Both the position numbers and the translations under genes were made by a program. A DNA stretch of 42,068 bases from an uncultured Gemmatimonadota bacterium (GTDB lineage: Bacteria > GCA-2686955): NCBI GenBank assembly GCA_964490075.1, contig CAZBBK010000050.1, positions 1 through 42,068 on the forward strand, in the 5' to 3' direction. How positions within the stretch are numbered: the first letter of the stretch is position 1; every line of letters starts with the position of its first letter. This document shows, in pieces, positions 41,678-42,068 of the stretch. The notes beneath the pieces were generated by a model. The model saw only the letters and a program-made list of their open reading frames with translations. It had not been told where the DNA came from and ran no database searches.

Positions 41678-42010
41678 GACGCCTGAGTCGAGTCAGCGGG
41701 GAATTCGGGTCGCCCCGCGGTCGTCCGCTGCGGCTGAGTTGGGTCAGCGGGGGAAGTTGGTCGCTTCGCGGTCGTTCGCTGCGCCTGAGTCGGGTCAGCG
41801 GGCGGACTTGGTCGATCTGCGGTCGTTCGCGGAGGTTGAGCCGGGTCAGCGGCGGAATCCGGTCTCTCTGCGGTCGCTCACGGCGCCTGAGTCGGGTCAG
41901 TGGCTGATTCTGGCTCCCGCGCGGTCATTCTGGGCGCCTGAGTCGGGTCAGCGGGCGAGTTCGGTCGCTTCGCGGTCGTCCGTGGCGCCTGAGCCGGGTC
42001 AGTGGGCGGT
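41678..42010. repeat. Seven-unit degenerate 51-bp tandem repeat
   Basis: TGAG core of consensus GCCTGAGTCGGGTCAGCGG at 41684, 41735, 41786, 41837, 41888, 41939 and 41990 (exact 51-bp period); second conserved block GCGGTCG. Confidence 0.9.
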
Positions 42011-42068
42011 TTTGGTCTTAGGCGCTCGCCAGAATTGACCCACCTGTGCTCGTGAGAAGCGACCCACT

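Noticed and set aside
41678-42010. Degenerate CRISPR array
   Set aside because: The inter-core segments resemble each other and are too short to be spacers; the fixed 51-bp period indicates tandem duplication, and it is 16 kb from the cas genes.

Overview
High-GC bacterial window. Bases ~860-25500 form a large, effector-rich type III-B (Cmr) CRISPR-Cas locus in three blocks. Block 1 (+): cas6, a CorA-family membrane effector, a TIGR02710-like CARF-HEPN protein, a Can2/Card1-like CARF nuclease, cas2, RT-cas1 and a VirD4/HerA-like ATPase. Block 2 (-): cmr1-cas10(cmr2)-cmr3-cmr4-cmr5-cmr6, with an HD-less Cas10 that keeps its GGDD cyclase motif. Block 3 (+, divergent from cmr1): a Lon-protease/CARF fusion, an ECF-sigma-like protein, two unknown proteins (inferred Csx31-like and Csx30/anti-sigma-like) and a DHH (NrN-like) phosphoesterase; then an antisense Uma2 gene and a Csx1-like CARF-HEPN gene with a premature stop. 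The most notable candidate system is the block 3 module, which may be a cyclic-oligonucleotide-activated CARF-Lon protease / anti-sigma / sigma cascade. No CRISPR array is visible in the window; the left edge carries a repeated 16-bp motif that may be leader or regulatory sequence. The rest (25.5-42 kb) is housekeeping and signalling: glnA, hemerythrin, TPR protein, hydrolases, aminotransferase/amidase, methyltransferase, two hybrid histidine kinases, a substrate-binding protein, a porin and a thiamine-binding protein, plus two unrelated 51-bp-period tandem repeats. All family calls come from motif recognition by eye; no searches were run.
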